Source of the DNA: Malacoraja senta
Lineage: Eukaryota
Length of the DNA: 64,000 bases
Reading direction: 5' to 3'
NCBI GenBank assembly: GCA_038087875.1
Contig: CM075991.1
Coordinates: 310,001 to 374,000 of the forward strand
Shown here: one piece after another, positions 12,914 to 26,761 of the stretch
Layout of the letters: every line of letters begins with the position of its first letter
How positions within the stretch are numbered: the stretch's first letter is position 1
Made by a program: the position numbers and the translations under genes
The notes under the pieces: model-generated
The model's database searches: none
The model's input: the letters and a program-made list of their open reading frames with translations, nothing else
What the model was told of the DNA's origin: nothing

Positions 12914-13710
12914 ATCCAATGGCGGGTAGTCTTCTCTGTGTGATGGTCTGGGCTACATCCAGTTTGCAGCCTTCACTGCCCTGAGTATTTAAGCACACTT
13001 CCAGGTACATCAATGTTAAGAGTCGTTGCCACCTCAGGGAGTGTGTTACAGATCGCAACCACCCTTTGGATGAAAAGAATATTTCCTCAGATCCACTGTA
13101 AACCTCTTACCCCTCACGTTAAACCTACAGCCATTGGTTTTAGTCAACTTGGCCTGAACCACCAATATTGTCTTATTACTATGGTAACCCATACCATGTT
13201 TACTGGAGGAATTAACCCCCCCCCCCTTTTCTCCAGAGATGCTGCTTGACCCACTGGGTTCAGCACTTCGTGTCTATCTTTGGTATAATCCAGCATCTGC
13301 TGTTACGTTGTGCACATTTTCTCTACTCCACTGCAGTATGCCAACTGTCAGAGAGTTCTCCTCTCTCCGACAGGAACACTGCAACATCCTATGCCACTGC
13401 TACCCTTCTGTGATCCCTACTGCACTCCAGCTCCACATCCGTGTTTTAACTCGGACTCGCTACCACAGCCATCTGTTTCTTCGCTCTTGCCTGCATCTCT
13501 ATCTTGTGCCTCGGGGTTTCCAAGGAGGATGGGTCCCGACCCGGAACGTCGTACATCCTATTTCTCCAGAGATGCTGCCTGGCCCGCTGAGTTACTCCGG
13601 CACTTTGTGTCTATCTTATATTAGAGAGAGGTTTGCATTTTGCGAGGTTGAATGCAAGAGGAAGGTATACTGTTGTTGGCAAGAATCTTAATAGTATTGA
13701 TATGCAAAGG

Positions 13711-14795
13711 CAGGGCCGACCTTAAGCCAATTGGACCAATTGGGCCCCGCGCCAGAGTAATCAACTCTCGGCTCGGGTAGATCTACCCCGGGTGGAGGGG
13801 GGTGAGAGGGGTGGAGAGAGAGTAGAGGGGTGGAGGGGGAAGAAAGGGGTAGACGGGGAGGGGGCTGTGAAGGGTGATTGGAGAAGAGTGGAGGTGGGTC
13901 GTTCCCTCACGGTCCCGGGGCAGCGCTCCCACCCCTCCAGTCGCCGTGCTTCACGCACACAGCCCCGGCTCCACCCCTCGCTTTCCCCGGGGAGACGCGG
14001 TGAACAATACAGGGAGGGCCGGGCCGGGCCGGGGGTTGGAGCAACGTTTACAAACCTCGGCCTCAGCTCACACCCGTTCGCCCAGATCCCGGCATCCGCT
14101 CCCGCCATTGGCCCTCTCCCTCCCTTCTCTCCTTCCCTTCTTCCCTCCTTCCCTCCCTCCTTCCGCTCTCTTTTCCATTCTCTCCTTCCCTCCCTCCCTT
14201 TTTTCTCTCCTTCCCTCCCTCCCTTCTTTCTCTACCCCTCCCTCCCTTCTCTCCTTCCTCCCTCCCTACCTTCACTCCCACCCTCCCTTCCCTCCCTCAC
14301 ACACACACACATCACGCATAGACAACTAACACACACACACAACTAACACACACACACAACTAAGTTAGGATGGGGAAGAAGCCCAAAGGGTAGGATGGGG
14401 CTGAAGCCCAATATTTTATTCCTGGACTGGTTTTTCGCCAATAGTTATTGGTTTTCCAGGATCTGGTTAATTAAATTGCTTTTTTTTCATTTCAGTCACT
14501 AAAACAAGTGTTCTTGTAACTATGTACTTTTGTGGTGATCTACACATTTAGTATGTTACTTGTAGGCTTACATGTATGCAATTTTATATTCAAATGTAGC
14601 TTAGATCTGTTTGCTCCATTAACTCGCAGGCACTTTTTAAGCGCACATTTTGATTACTTTCCATTCTACCATAGAGATATAAAGTCTATAATAGACTTTA
14701 TTTATATTTCTATGATTCTACAAACCTTGGCTGGGAACCTGGGGCTCACCCAAATTTTTCCCAATTGGGCCCCGCACCTCCTAAGGCCGGCCCTG
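13711..14795. mobile_element. Non-autonomous hAT-type DNA transposon
   Basis: TIRs CAGGGCCGACCTTA / TAAGGCCGGCCCTG. Perfect 8-bp TSD TGCAAAGG (13703-13710, 14796-14803). Subterminal CCAATTGGGCCCCGC at both ends. Inserted in a CR1 remnant. Confidence 0.88.
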
Positions 14796-15354
14796 TGCAA
14801 AGGGATCTTGGGTTCAAGGCCAAAGCTCTTCAAAAGTGGCAGAGTGTGTAAAATGTCATACTTGCCTTCATCAGTCAGTGCATTGTGTACAAGAGACAGC
14901 AAGTCATGAAGCAGCTTTACAAGACTTTGGTTGGGCAGTATTTGGAGGATTGTACCCAGCAGTTTCGATCACCCCGACACTAGGGCTTCGGATCGCCGGC
15001 TGCGGGAGCTTCGATCGCCCCGATTGCGGATGGTTCGACAGCCCCGACCACGGGTAAATAAAGAGGAAGAAGATTGGACTTTATTACCTTCCATCACAGT
15101 GACGAATGTGGGCAGCCGCTGTGGTGGATGTTTATGTTCAGTTTTATTTTATACGGCTGTTATGTTGCTTAACACTTAGTATGGCTGTATGGTAACTCAA
15201 ATTTCATTGTACCTTAAATGGTACATGTGACAATAAACTGACCTTGAACCTTGAGCTGGTCATCCCCATTAGCAGAGGATGTGGAGGCTTTGGAGAGGGT
15301 GCAGAACATGTTTACCAGAATGATAATTTATCATCAAACCCGCTGATAAGGGAG

Positions 15355-15867
15355 ATCTGAGGAAGGACATTATTGCCATAGAGGGAGTGCAGACTGATTC
15401 CTGGGATGTCAGGACTGTCTTATGAAGAAAGACTGGATAGACTTGGTTTATACTCTCTAGAATTTAGGAGATTGAGAGGGGATCTTATAGAAACTTACAA
15501 AATTCTTAAGGGGTTGGACAGGCTAGATGCAGGAAGATTGCTCCCGATGTTGGGGAAGTCCAGGACAAGGGGTCACAGCTTAAGGATAAGGGGGAAATCC
15601 TTTAAAACCGAGATGAGAAGAACTTTTTTCACACAGAGAGTGGTGAATCTCTGGAACTCTCTGCCACAGAGGGTAGTCGAGGCCAGTTCATTGGCTATAT
15701 TTAAGAGGGAGCTAGATGTGGCCCTTGTGGCTAAAGGGATCAGAGGGTATGGAGAGAAGGCAGGTACGGGATACTGAGTTGGATGATCAGCCATGATCAT
15801 ATTGAATGGCGGTGCAGACTCGAAGGGCCGAATGGCCTACTCCTGCACCTAATTTCTATGTTTCTAT
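15355..15867 (+). mobile_element. CR1 LINE 3' fragment
   Basis: [34 protein letters not shown]...; (TTCTATGT) tail. Confidence 0.92.
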
Positions 15868-17800
15868 ACCGTGGTAGTCTGGCACACTGACGTCTACCGC
15901 ACTGAGGCCAGGCGCCAGCACTCTGACACCTCCTCCGACCTATCCTCGGACCATGATCCCACAGACGAGCACCAGGCCACAATATCACAGACCATTTCTG
16001 ATTTCATCACTTCTGGATGTCTGCCTTCCACAACCTCCAACCTAATCGTTTCCCAGCCCCGCACAGCCCGGTTTTACTTTCTCCCCAAAATACATAAAGA
16101 GAACTGCCCTGACAGACCCATTGTTTCTGCCTGCTCCTGTCCCACGGAAATGATTTCCATGTTGCTCGACTCCATCCTATTCCTCCTGGTCCAATCTCTC
16201 CCGACCTATGTACAAGATACCTCACATGCCATTCATCTCTTTAATGACTTCCGCTTTCCGAGCCTCCACCCCCTCATCTTTACTATGGGCATTCAGTCAC
16301 TCTACACCTCCATTCCTCACCAGGAAGGCCTGAAAGCCCTCCGTTTCTTCCTCGACCACAGAACCACCCAATTTCCCTCTACTAACACTCTACTGCGCCT
16401 GGTCCTCACCCAAAACAACTTCTTCTTCGACTCTTCCCACTTCCTCCAAGTCCAAGGCATAACTATAGGCACCCGCATGGGCCCCAGCTACGCCTGCCTC
16501 TTTGTTCCAGGCTACACTGGCCCTATTCCTGAACTCCATCTCCATTACATTGACCACTGCATCTGTGCAACCTCCTGCACCCATGCAGAACTCGTGGACT
16601 TCATCAACTTCACCAATTTCCATCCTGCACTCAAATTTACTTGGACCATCTCCGAAACCTCCCTCCCCTTTCTTGATATCAGTACCCATTACAGGAAATA
16701 GACTATTGACTGACGTCTATTACAAATCCACTGACTCCCACAACTATCTCGACTACATTTCTTCCCATCCTGCTTCCTGCAAAGACTCTATCCCCTACTC
16801 CCAATTCCTCCGTGTACACCCATCTGCGCTCAAGATGAGTACCTCCGCTCTCCCATCACAGATGAGGCCCTCATGTCCCCTTGGTACCCCGCAGCTCCAC
16901 CCTTGCTCCCCCTCCCCCTCTCGCAACAGAGACAGTCCCCCTAGTACTTAGCTTTCAGCCCATCAGCTGTCGCATACAACACATAATCCTCCAAAACTTT
17001 TGCACCTCCAACGGGACCCCAACATTAGCCGCATCTTCCCATCTCCACCCCTTTCCACCATCCGCAGAGACTGTTCCCTCCGCAACTCCCTGGTTAACTC
17101 ATCCCTTGTCGCCCAAACCACCCCCTCCTCAGGTTCCTTCTCCTGCAACCGCAGAAGATGCAACACCTGTCCCTATACCTCCTCCCTCGACTGTGTCCAG
17201 GGACCCCAAGACTCCTTTCAGGTTAGGCAGAGGTTCCCTTGCACGTCCTCCAACCTCATCTATTGTATCCATTGTTCAAGATGTGGACTACATCGATGAG
17301 ACCAAACGTAGGCTGGCAGATCGTTTCGCTGAACACTTTCGCTCAGCCCGCCTGGACCTACATGATCTCACAGTTGCGAAACACTATAATTCTCCTTCCC
17401 ATTCCCACAGTGACCCTTCTGTCCTAGGTCTCCTCCATTGTCAGTGTGAAGCTAAATGCAAATTGGAGGAAGAGCATCTCATATTTTGCTTGGGCAGCTT
17501 ACAGCCCAGTAGTATGAAAATTGATTTATTTAACTTCAACTAACCCAGAGTCCCCTCTATCTAACCCTCCCCCATCCAAGTCGCACCAGCATCTCGTTTT
17601 CACCCAATAAACAGCTAATGGCCTATTTCCTTTATTATCATTTCTTTTTTGCATATTTCATTCATTGTTTTTTATTTCTCTACATCATCGTCTATATCTC
17701 TTGTTTCGCTTATCCCTAACTAATCTGAAGCAGGGTCTCGACCCGAAATTCCTTCTCTCCAGAGATGCTGCATGTCCCACTGAGTTACTCCAGCTTTTCG
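15868..17800 (+). mobile_element. Penelope-like retroelement, degraded RT + GIY-YIG
   Basis: FYFLPKIHKENCPDRPIVSAC, SLYTSIPH, GTRMGPSYACLF, YIDH, LPFLDI, CTSSNLIYCIHCSRCG. Confidence 0.9.
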
Positions 17801-20007
17801 CGTTTACTAGAATGATGCCTGGATTAGGATTAGACTATATTAGGCACAAGGAGAGGTTGGACAAACCTGGGTTGTTTTCTGTGGAGCGTCAGTTCGAAGC
17901 TCTTTCCCAGGGTGGAAATGTCAATGACTGCAAGACATAGCTTTAAGATGGGAGGGGCAAAGTTTAAAGGAGATGTACGACAATTTTTTTTGTTGCAGCG
18001 AGGGTGGTGGGTGTGTAGAACATGCTGCCAGAGCTGGTGGAAGAGGCAGATACAATAGTGGCATTTAAGAGGCTTTAAGATAGGGACACAACCCAAGTCT
18101 TTCAGTGTATCTCAGTACACCTGAAATAATAAACGAATGTGAATACCAAGTGTCCATGCAGGCTATAGTCTGCTCATTGCTCTATGCAAGGAGTGGAGAG
18201 CTATGGATCAGGTGTAGACAGAGGAGATAGTTTAACTTGCCATCATGTTCAGCATAGATATTGTGGGCCGGTGCTGTACTGTTCTACATTTTATGTTTAG
18301 TCTGCGGTTAAGTTTATATCATGGGAATGTACTTTTTTTAAATCAGATTTTCTGTAACTTTCATGTTCTATTCTGCACGCTAGTATTTTTCTCTTTGTTC
18401 CAGCTTTTTTCTACCTGTTGTGCTTGATTATACCTCATGTAAAGTATGATTTGACTGGATAGCAGTCTCAGTCAGGGCTCTCACTTAACTTTTTTTCCCT
18501 GTTGTCAGCCGGGCAACCTTGGCAGCTTTTTAGATTGCCAGATGACAGTTTAGGTGGTCATTTAAGACGGTTTGCATGACGCGTGCGATAATGTGCTCGG
18601 ACGAAGTGCGTAGTTACCAGTCGGAATTATGCTCAATGAAGCATTCACATGTTATTTCTGCTTCAAATAAAGTCACAAACTAAACATATTCACCAACCAA
18701 GACATGATATATCCCACAATGACATGCAGCGAAATTATAAGACAGTATCTCAACTCATTTTACACATTGCAATTAATGCAATTTCTATTAGTTCTTTCCA
18801 CTTTCAAACTAAAATGTGGTTGGATTATTCAATGTATGATCAACCTGTGTCAATAAATCCTGGACCATGGTAACATATATGCTTAACCATGCACACTACG
18901 GATTGATGCAAGCATGTTTTCTGTGAAGGACCGAAAATTACCATGACATGGATCGTTATTGCTATTGGTACAGAAACACTCTCGCTTCCCACATAATTTA
19001 TCCACAACAAAATATACAGGTTGCAAGGAAATTTCTATCGGCATTTTATGATAATAGCTGTTAAAGCCGACTATACCCATCTTACAGGTTAAACATTACA
19101 CTAACTGACAAGAGATGGCCAAAGGACTTAACTGCAGCAAATGTTCTTTTGGTAATATGTTTAAAGGTGTCAAAACGCCACATTACCGGACATTCAGATT
19201 AGATGTACGTGTTGTGAACAGCAATGAAGATACCCAGTTTGTACACACCAGATTAAAAAAAAATTATTGATAAACGCTGTTTCCATCATTCCCACTTCAG
19301 AATTAACGTTAAAATTTCAACTGAAATATCTCCTGAACAAATTTGTGATGTATATGATCGACTGTAGAAGTAAAACCTGGATAAATCCAACGTATAGTTG
19401 TGAATGTTGCTCATTAAATAACTACAGTACTGATACTCCATATTAAGAGCATTGATTTGCCGTTAAAATGAATTCTGTAATAACGTGTCAACGGCAGCAG
19501 TGACAATCGAACTCTGCGGTTTTAATGATTCACGTGTTCACAATTTAATTAATCGATCTTTATGGACTAAAACAAATAATAACATTGGAATTAAAACACA
19601 TTTGATTGCATCAAACATAGTCAATGTTCGCTCCGGAAGACATTTCCAGCACAATAGGGTCAGGGAGGGGGTGTGTGTGAATCAGTGCGGGGTGGATAGA
19701 TGGCGGGGGGTGGGGGGGGGGGTTTTAGAAGGGAGTCGGTGCGGAATGGATGGATTGAGGCAGGTGAATTAGTACGTGTTGGTTGGAGTAGGTAAAATTG
19801 TGAGGGGAGAGCACGGGGGATGTCAGTGGTGTTGAATGGGGGGTTCAGTACAGGATGGATGGGTGCAGACAAAAGTGCTGGAGAAACTCAGCGGGTGAGG
19901 CAGCATCTATGGAGCGAAGGAAATAGGCCACGTTTCAGGTCGAGACCCTTCTTCAGACAGTTTCCCCCCATTCTTCTTGAATGAGAGGATCAGTACAGTA
20001 CAGTACA

Positions 20008-23000
20008 GAAGTATGATGTTGTGGCGATCAGTGAAACATGGTTGCAGGAGTGCTGTGATTGGCAAATAAATATTCCAGGATTTCGTTGCTTCAGGGGTGA
20101 TAGAATTGGAGGGGCAAGAGGTGGGGGTGTTGCATTGCTTGTCAAGGAAGATATTACAGCAGTGCTTTGGCAGGATAGATTAGAGGGCTCGTCTAGGGAG
20201 GCTATTTGGGTGGAACTGAGAAATGGGAAAGGTGTAGCAACACTTATAGGGGTGTATTATAGACCGCCAAATGGGGAGCGAGAATTGGAAGAGCAAATAT
20301 GTAAGGAGATAGAAGATATTAGTAGTATGCACAAGGTAGTGATTGTGGGAGATTTCAATTTTCCACACATAGACTGGGAAACACATTCTGTAAAAGGGCT
20401 GGATGGTTTGGAGTTTGTAAAATGTGTGCAAGATAGTGTTTTGCAGCAATATATAGAGGTACCTACTAGAGAAGGGGCAGTGCTGGACCTCCTGTTAGGA
20501 AATCCAGGACAAATCAAAATAGGACGTACACGGTAAATGGTAGTGAATTGAGGAATGCAGTTGAACAGAGGGATCTAGGAATAACTGTGCATAGTTCCCT
20601 GAAGGTGGAATCTCATGTAGATAGGGTGGTAAAGAAAGCTTTTGGTGTGCTGGCCTTTATAAATCAGAGCATTGAATATAGAAGTTGGGATGTAATGTTA
20701 AAATTGTACAAGGCATTGGTGAGGCCAATTCTGGAGTATGGAGTACAATTTTGGTCGCCTAATTATAGGAAGGATGTCAACAAATAGAGAGAGTACAGAG
20801 GAGATTTACTAGAATGTTGCCTGGGTTTCAGCAACTAAGTTACAGAGAAAGGTTGAACAAGTTAGGTCTTTATTCTTTGGAGCGCAGAAGGTTAAGAGGG
20901 GACTTGATAGAGGTCTTTAAAATTATGAGCGGGTTAGACAGATTGGACGTGGATAAGCTTTTCCCATTGAGAGTAGGGAAGATTCAAACAAGGGGACATG
21001 ACTTGAGAATTAAGGGACAGAAGTTTAGGGGGAACATTAGGGGGCACTTCTTTACTCAGAGAAGTTGTAGCTGTGTGGAATGAGCTTCCAGTGGAAGTGG
21101 TGGAGGCAGGTTCGATGTTATCCTTTAAAAATAGATTGGATGGTATATGGACGGGAAAGGAATGGAGGGTTATGGTCTGAGTGCAGGGTAGATGGGACTA
21201 GGGGGAAGTATTTATTTTTAATTTAAAAAAATGTTCGGCACGGACTTGAAGGGCCGAGATGGCCTGTTTCCGTGCTGTTATGGTTATATGGTTATATGGA
21301 AATGAGACAGGGCAGGTGGCGGAGGTATGCGTCGGGGAGCACTTCGGGTCCAGTGATCACAATACCATTAGTTTCAATATAATTATGGAGAGGGTCAGAA
21401 CTGGACCTAGGGTTGAGATTTTTGTTTGGAGAAAGGCTAACTTTGTGGAGATGCGAAAGGATTTAAAAGGAGTGAATTGGGACGTTGTTTTATGGGAAGG
21501 ATGTAGAAGAAAAATGGAGGACATTTAAGGGTGAAATTTTAAGAGTACAGAATCTTTATGTCCCTGTTCGGTTGAAAGGAAATAGTAAAAAATGGAAAGA
21601 GCCATGGTTTCAAGGGAAATTGGACACGGTTCAGAAAAAGAGAGAAATCTACAATAATTATAGGCAGCATGGAGTAAATGAGGTGCTTGAGGAGTATAAA
21701 GAATGTAAAAAGAATATTAAGAAAGAAATTAGAAAAGCTAAAAGAAGATATGAGGTTGCTTTGGCAAGTAAGGTGAAAGTAAATCCAAAGGGTTTCTACA
21801 GCTATATTAATAGCAAAAGGATAACAAGGAATAAAATTGGTCCATTAGAGAGTCAGAGTGGACAGCTATCTGCAGAGCCAAAAGAGATGGGGGAGATATT
21901 GAACAATTTCTTTTCTTCGGTATTCACAAAGGAGAAGGATATGGAATTATGTGAGGTAAGGGAAACAAGCAGAGTAGCAATGGAAACTGTGAGATTCAAA
22001 GAAGAGGAGGTGCGGACACTTTTGAAAATATCAAAACGGATAAGTCTCCAGGTCCTGACAGGATATTCCCTAGGACATTGAGGGAAGTTAGTGTAGAAAT
22101 AGCAGGGTTCTATGACAGAAATATTTCAAATGTCATTAGAAACGGGAAATAGTGCCGGAGGATTGGCGTACTGCGCATGTTGTTCCGTTGTTTAAAAAGG
22201 GTTCGAAGAGTAAACCTAGCAATTATAGACCTGTTAGTTTGACGTCAGTGGTGGGCAAATTAATGGAAAGGATACTTAAAGATAATATATATAAGCATCT
22301 GGATAAGCAGGGTCTGATTAGGAACAGTCAACATGGATTTGTGCCTGGGAAGGTCATGCTTGACTAATCTTCTTGAATTTTTCGAAGAGGTTACTAGGGA
22401 AATTGATGAGGGTAAAGCAGTGGATGTTGTCTATATGGACTTCAGTAAGGCCTTTGACAAGGCTCCTCATGGAAGGTTGGTTAAGAAGATTCAATTGTTG
22501 GGTATTAATGGTGGAGTAGCAAGATGGATTCAACAGTGCTGAATGGGAGATGCCAGAGAGTAATGGTGGATGGCTGTTTGTCAGGTTGGAGGCCGGTGAC
22601 TAGTGGGGTGCCTCAAGGGTCTGTGTTGGGTCCACTGTTGTTTGTCATGTACATCAATGATCTGGATGATGGTGTGGAAAATTGGATTAGTAAGTATGCA
22701 GATGATACTAAGATAGGTGGTGTTGTGGATAATGAAGTAGATTTTCAAAGTCTACAGAGAGATTCAGGCCATTTGGAAGAGTGGGATGAAAGATGGCAGA
22801 TGGAGTTTAATGCTGACAAATGTGAGGTGCTGCATCTCGGCAGGACAAATCAAAATAGGACGTACACGGTAAATGGTAGCGAATTGAGGAAGTCAGTTGA
22901 ACAGAGGGATCTAGGAATAACTGTGCATAGTTCCCTGAAGGTGGAATCTCATGTAGATAGGGTGGTAAAGAAAGCTTTTGGTGTGCTGGCCTTTATAAAT

Positions 23001-23652
23001 CAGAGCATTGAATATAGAAGTTGGGATGTAATGTTAAAATTGTACAAGGCATTGGTGAGGCCAATTCTGGAGTATGGAGTACAATTTTGGTCGCCTAATT
23101 ATAGGAAGGATGTCAACAAAATAGAGAGAGTACAGAGGAGATTTACTAGAATGTTGCCTGGGTTTCAGCAACTAAGTTACAGAGAAAGGTTGAACAAGTT
23201 AGGTCTTTATTCTTTGGAGCGCAGACGGTTAAGGGGGACTTCATAGAGGTCTTTAAAATTATGAGCGGGTTAGACAGAGTGGACGTGGATAAGCTTTTCC
23301 CATTGAGAGTAGGGAAGATTCAAACAAGGGGACATGACTTGAGAATTAAGGGACAGAAGTTTAGGGGGAACATTAGGGGGAACTTCTTTACTCAGAGAGT
23401 GGTAGCTGTGTGGAATGAGCTTCCAGTGGAAGTGGTGGAGGCAGGTTCGATGTTATCCTTTAAAAATAGATTGGATGGGTATATGGACGGGAAAGGAATG
23501 GAGGGTTATGGTCTGAGTGCAGGTAGATGGGACTAGGGGGAAGTATTTATTTTTAATTTAAAAAAAAATTAAAAAAAATGTTCGTCACGGACTTGAAGGG
23601 CCGAGATGGCCTGTTTCCGTGCTGTTATGGTTATATGGTTATATGGTTATAT
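20008..23652 (+). mobile_element. CR1 LINE of a second family, (GTTATATG)n tail, disrupted ORF2, containing a nested same-subfamily copy at 20504-21297
   Basis: AISETWL, GVYYRPP, VGDFNFP, YADDTKIGG. TSD-like GGAAAT at 20498-20503 and 21298-21303 around the nested piece. Confidence 0.93.
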
Positions 23653-24150
23653 AGGATGGATGGGTGGGGGGGGGGGAGATCAGCGCAGGATGAATGGGGG
23701 TGGTGGGTCAGTGTGGATCGGAGGGTCTGTGCAGGATGAATGGGGAATCACTGCAGGATGAATGAGGGGATGGTGCATGGTAAATGGAGGGTGGGTCAGT
23801 ACGGGATGAATGCGTGGATTAGTACAGGATGGATGGGGGATCAGTACAGGATGGATGGAAGAGAAGTGCAGGATGGATGGGAAGGGGATAAGTACAGAAT
23901 GAATTGGGGGACCAATGTAGGATGGATGGGGGGCTGGCAGGAGAATCAATGCGAGGTGGATAGGGTGATCAGCGCAGGATGAATAGATGGGCGGGGCGTA
24001 GATGGGTAGGGGAGCACAGGGGATGCCAGTGAGGACTGAATAGAGGGCGGAATGGGGATCAGTGCGGGATGGAGAGGAGGGGTCCCAGGATAAGGGGGGG
24101 GGGTGGAGGGGGGCGTACAAGAGAGAGGGGGGGGGCGAGGTGGGGAGGAA
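23653..24150. repeat. G-rich (GGAT/caggatggatggggg) degenerate minisatellite
   Basis: Repeated cagtacaggatggatgggg-like units. A similar tract at 19660-19865 lies on the other side of the CR1. Confidence 0.7.
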
Positions 24151-25056
24151 GGAAGGTCAGCGCTCCTCGCACAACATCGCCCTGCTGCCTTGGCCATCCC
24201 TGTCCATCGCCAAAGGGGGAGGCGGTTGGGATCTCCTCGCCACCGCCTCCCCTCCTCCGCCAGCCAACGCAGCCGAGCGGTGCAGCTCAAAGATCCTATA
24301 GCTATAGGATCTTTGGTGCAGCTGCTTCAGAAGGGTTGCAAATCCGCTAACGGCGCTTTCAAAACAAACCCTCCCGCACGCCGAGGCCGGTAGGAGGGAG
24401 GGAGGGGGAGGCCTCGGCAGCGGCCGCTATCAGGGAGGAGGAGATGGAGCCGCTGTCGCGGCCGCTGCTGCCGCTGTGCGGAGCCCGTCATTCGCTCCGA
24501 CCCTTCTGAAGCAGCTGCACCCAAGATCCTATAGCTATAGGATCTTTGAGCTGCACCGCTCAGCCCCGCACCTTGCTGTTGGCTGGCGGAGGAGGGGAGG
24601 CGGTGGTGAGATCCCAAACACCTCCCCCTTTGCCGCCGTGTGGGGCCCGTCATTCGCTCCGACCCTTCGTCACCCTGCACCTAGTATCTTTGCCCTGCAA
24701 TACAGCCGTCGCCGACACGAAACGTCACGTTCCTTTTCTCCAGAGATGTTGCCTGACCCGCGGAGTTACTCCAGTTTTTTGTGTCTGTCTTCGGTACAAA
24801 CCAGTATCTATGTGCCAAACCGGGCAAAATGACTCGGAGTTTAGGTTGCCAGGCGGCACTTTGGGTGGTCAGTGGCACCCGGGCGACCGCTAATTTCGAG
24901 CCCCGTCAGTGTATCTTAGTGAACCTGAAAATAATAAGGCTGTACACTGCTCATTGATCTATGCAGTGGTGACTCTGATGGCCACATTACATTTTACTGA
25001 AGCAAGACAACTTGATGGAGTTATCAAACGAACTAGCCATCATCGAATAGTGCAGT

Positions 25057-25315
25057 GGCGGCCCAGTGGCACAGTGGTAGAGTTGCTGCCCTACAGCGTC
25101 AGAGACCTGTACAGAGTTTGCATGTTCTCTTCGTGACTTACGTGGGTTTTCTCCGAGTGCTCCAGTTTCCTCCCACATTCCAAAGATGTACAGGTTTGTA
25201 GGATAAATGCCTTCGTAAAATTGTAAATTGCCCTTTGCGTGTAGGATAGCATTAGTGTGCGGGAATCACTGGTCGGCGGGGCTTGTTTCCGCACTGTATC
25301 TCTAAACAAAACAAA
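25057..25315 (+). mobile_element. tRNA-derived SINE (HE1/V-SINE-like). Further copies at 26525-27880 (split), 35670-35945, 36600-36880(-), 38966-39246, 48350-48670(-), 53670-53770(-)
   Basis: A-box-like tggcacagtggtaga; central gagtttg(c/t)a(t/c)gttctc...cgtgggttttctcc domain; tail ctgtatctctaaac(taaa)n. B-box ggttcgatccc is visible in the 39015 copy. Confidence 0.8.
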
Positions 25316-25577
25316 ACGGGGGACTAGGCTGCTCACCTGCCTCATTTACCAAGGAAGTAACGTTGACTACATTGGCCATTTTATTCGTTAAATATCACCA
25401 AACCAACAGTCTTGTGGAGACTACCACCTCAGCATCCCCCCTGCATTTCCTCAGGAATCAATCCCTGTACAACTGTGGCAGTGGGATTGCTCTGGAACTG
25501 TTGTGTATCTGGTGGGGTAGAAAATGTACACATGCAGGGTGAAGAGGACAACCAAGAAACCACATGGCCACACTTGG

Positions 25578-25583
25578 TTTATT
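25578..25583 (-). terminator. Probable STAMBP polyadenylation signal (AATAAA); implied 3' UTR about 0.35 kb
   Basis: tttatt on + strand about 335 nt past the stop, followed on the minus strand by GU-rich tgtggttcttggttgtcc. A second AATAAA lies at 25385-25380. Confidence 0.6.
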
Positions 25584-25915
25584 GATGTGCAAAGAGACAA
25601 TAGTTAAATCTAATATGTTAACAAATTACATGAATTTACTGAAAAAAAAGCTAGGCCACATACTTCATCTCTCATGTTTCATCAGGTTAAGTGCAGCAGT
25701 GCAGGCATTAAATAAAGGCAATCCTATGTACAGGACAGAATTTGAAATTGGCATATTAATAGTATTTTGGATTAGTCACAATTAAACCAAAAACTCCTCA
25801 AATTGATGCAGATTTGTAACTGTTAAAGCTACAGAATTCTCTACCTGAAGTACTAACAAGAGTGACATCACGGTTAACGGTTTCTATGGAAACCAAAGAC
25901 ACTAGAAGGCAGTAA

Positions 25916-25972
25916 TCACCGAAGGTCCATTATTGTAACGTTCGTCTCCATGACAGAAACATGCGCACATGC
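25916..25972 (-). CDS. STAMBP: STAMBP last coding exon (57 bp including TGA)
   Basis: ctctctttgcttttgtag|ACAHVSVMETNVTIMDLR*, matching the AMSH C-terminal pattern C.HV......DLR*. Confidence 0.93.
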   Translation of the reverse strand, partial: ACAHVSVMETNVTIMDLR

Positions 25973-26761
25973 CTACAAAAGCAAAGAGAGAATAATGGAA
26001 GTAAGTGGACATAGTAAACCTTAATATGATGTTGGATAGCAAGTAGCAGCCAATCCTTCTATGGTTTGGGATGCAACAGAGAACAAGCACTGTAACAAGG
26101 AACTGCAGATGGTGTTTTACGAAAAAATATTGAGTGCTGGAATAACTAAGCGTGTCAGGCAGCATCGCTGGAGAACATAGGTAGGTAACATTTCTGACCA
26201 GGACTCTTCCTCACACTGATTGTGGTGGGCCGGTGTGAGGGGGAGGGGGAGAAGGAATGTTGGAAGAGATCTGCCCCTTCTAGCTTTCTCCTCCCACCTC
26301 TACAATGTCTGAAGGGTCCTGACCTGAAACATCACCTTTCCCCTCTCCCTGACTCTAGTCTGAAGAAGGATCACGACCCAAAAAGTCACCCATTCCTTCT
26401 CTCCAGAGATGCTGCCTGTCCCGCTGAGCTACTCCAGCAATTTGTGTCTACCTTCGGTTTAAACCAGCATCTGCAGTTCCTTCCCGCACATCACCTATCC
26501 ATGTTCTCCAGAGCTGAACTGAAGGTGGCACGGTGGTGCAGCAGTACAGTTGCTGCCTTACAGCATCGAAGTCCCGTGTTCTATCCTGACTACCAGTGCT
26601 GTCTGTACGGAGTTTGTTTGTTCTCACCATGACCTGTGCGGGCTTTTTCCTGAAATCTTTGGTTTCTTCCTCCCACACTCCAAAGACGTATAGGTATGTA
26701 GGTAAATTGGCTTGGTAAATGTAAAAAATGTCCCTAGTGCGTGTAGGATAGTGTTAATATG

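Larger units (their letters stand above)
18473..24905. mobile_element. Probable non-autonomous hAT-like element expanded by nested insertions
   Basis: Imperfect TIRs CAGGGCTCTCACTTA / TAATTTCGAGCCCCG. Related subterminal motif tttag(a/g)ttgccag...ttt(a/g)ggtggtca near both ends (about 18528 and 24840). No clean TSD. Confidence 0.5.
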
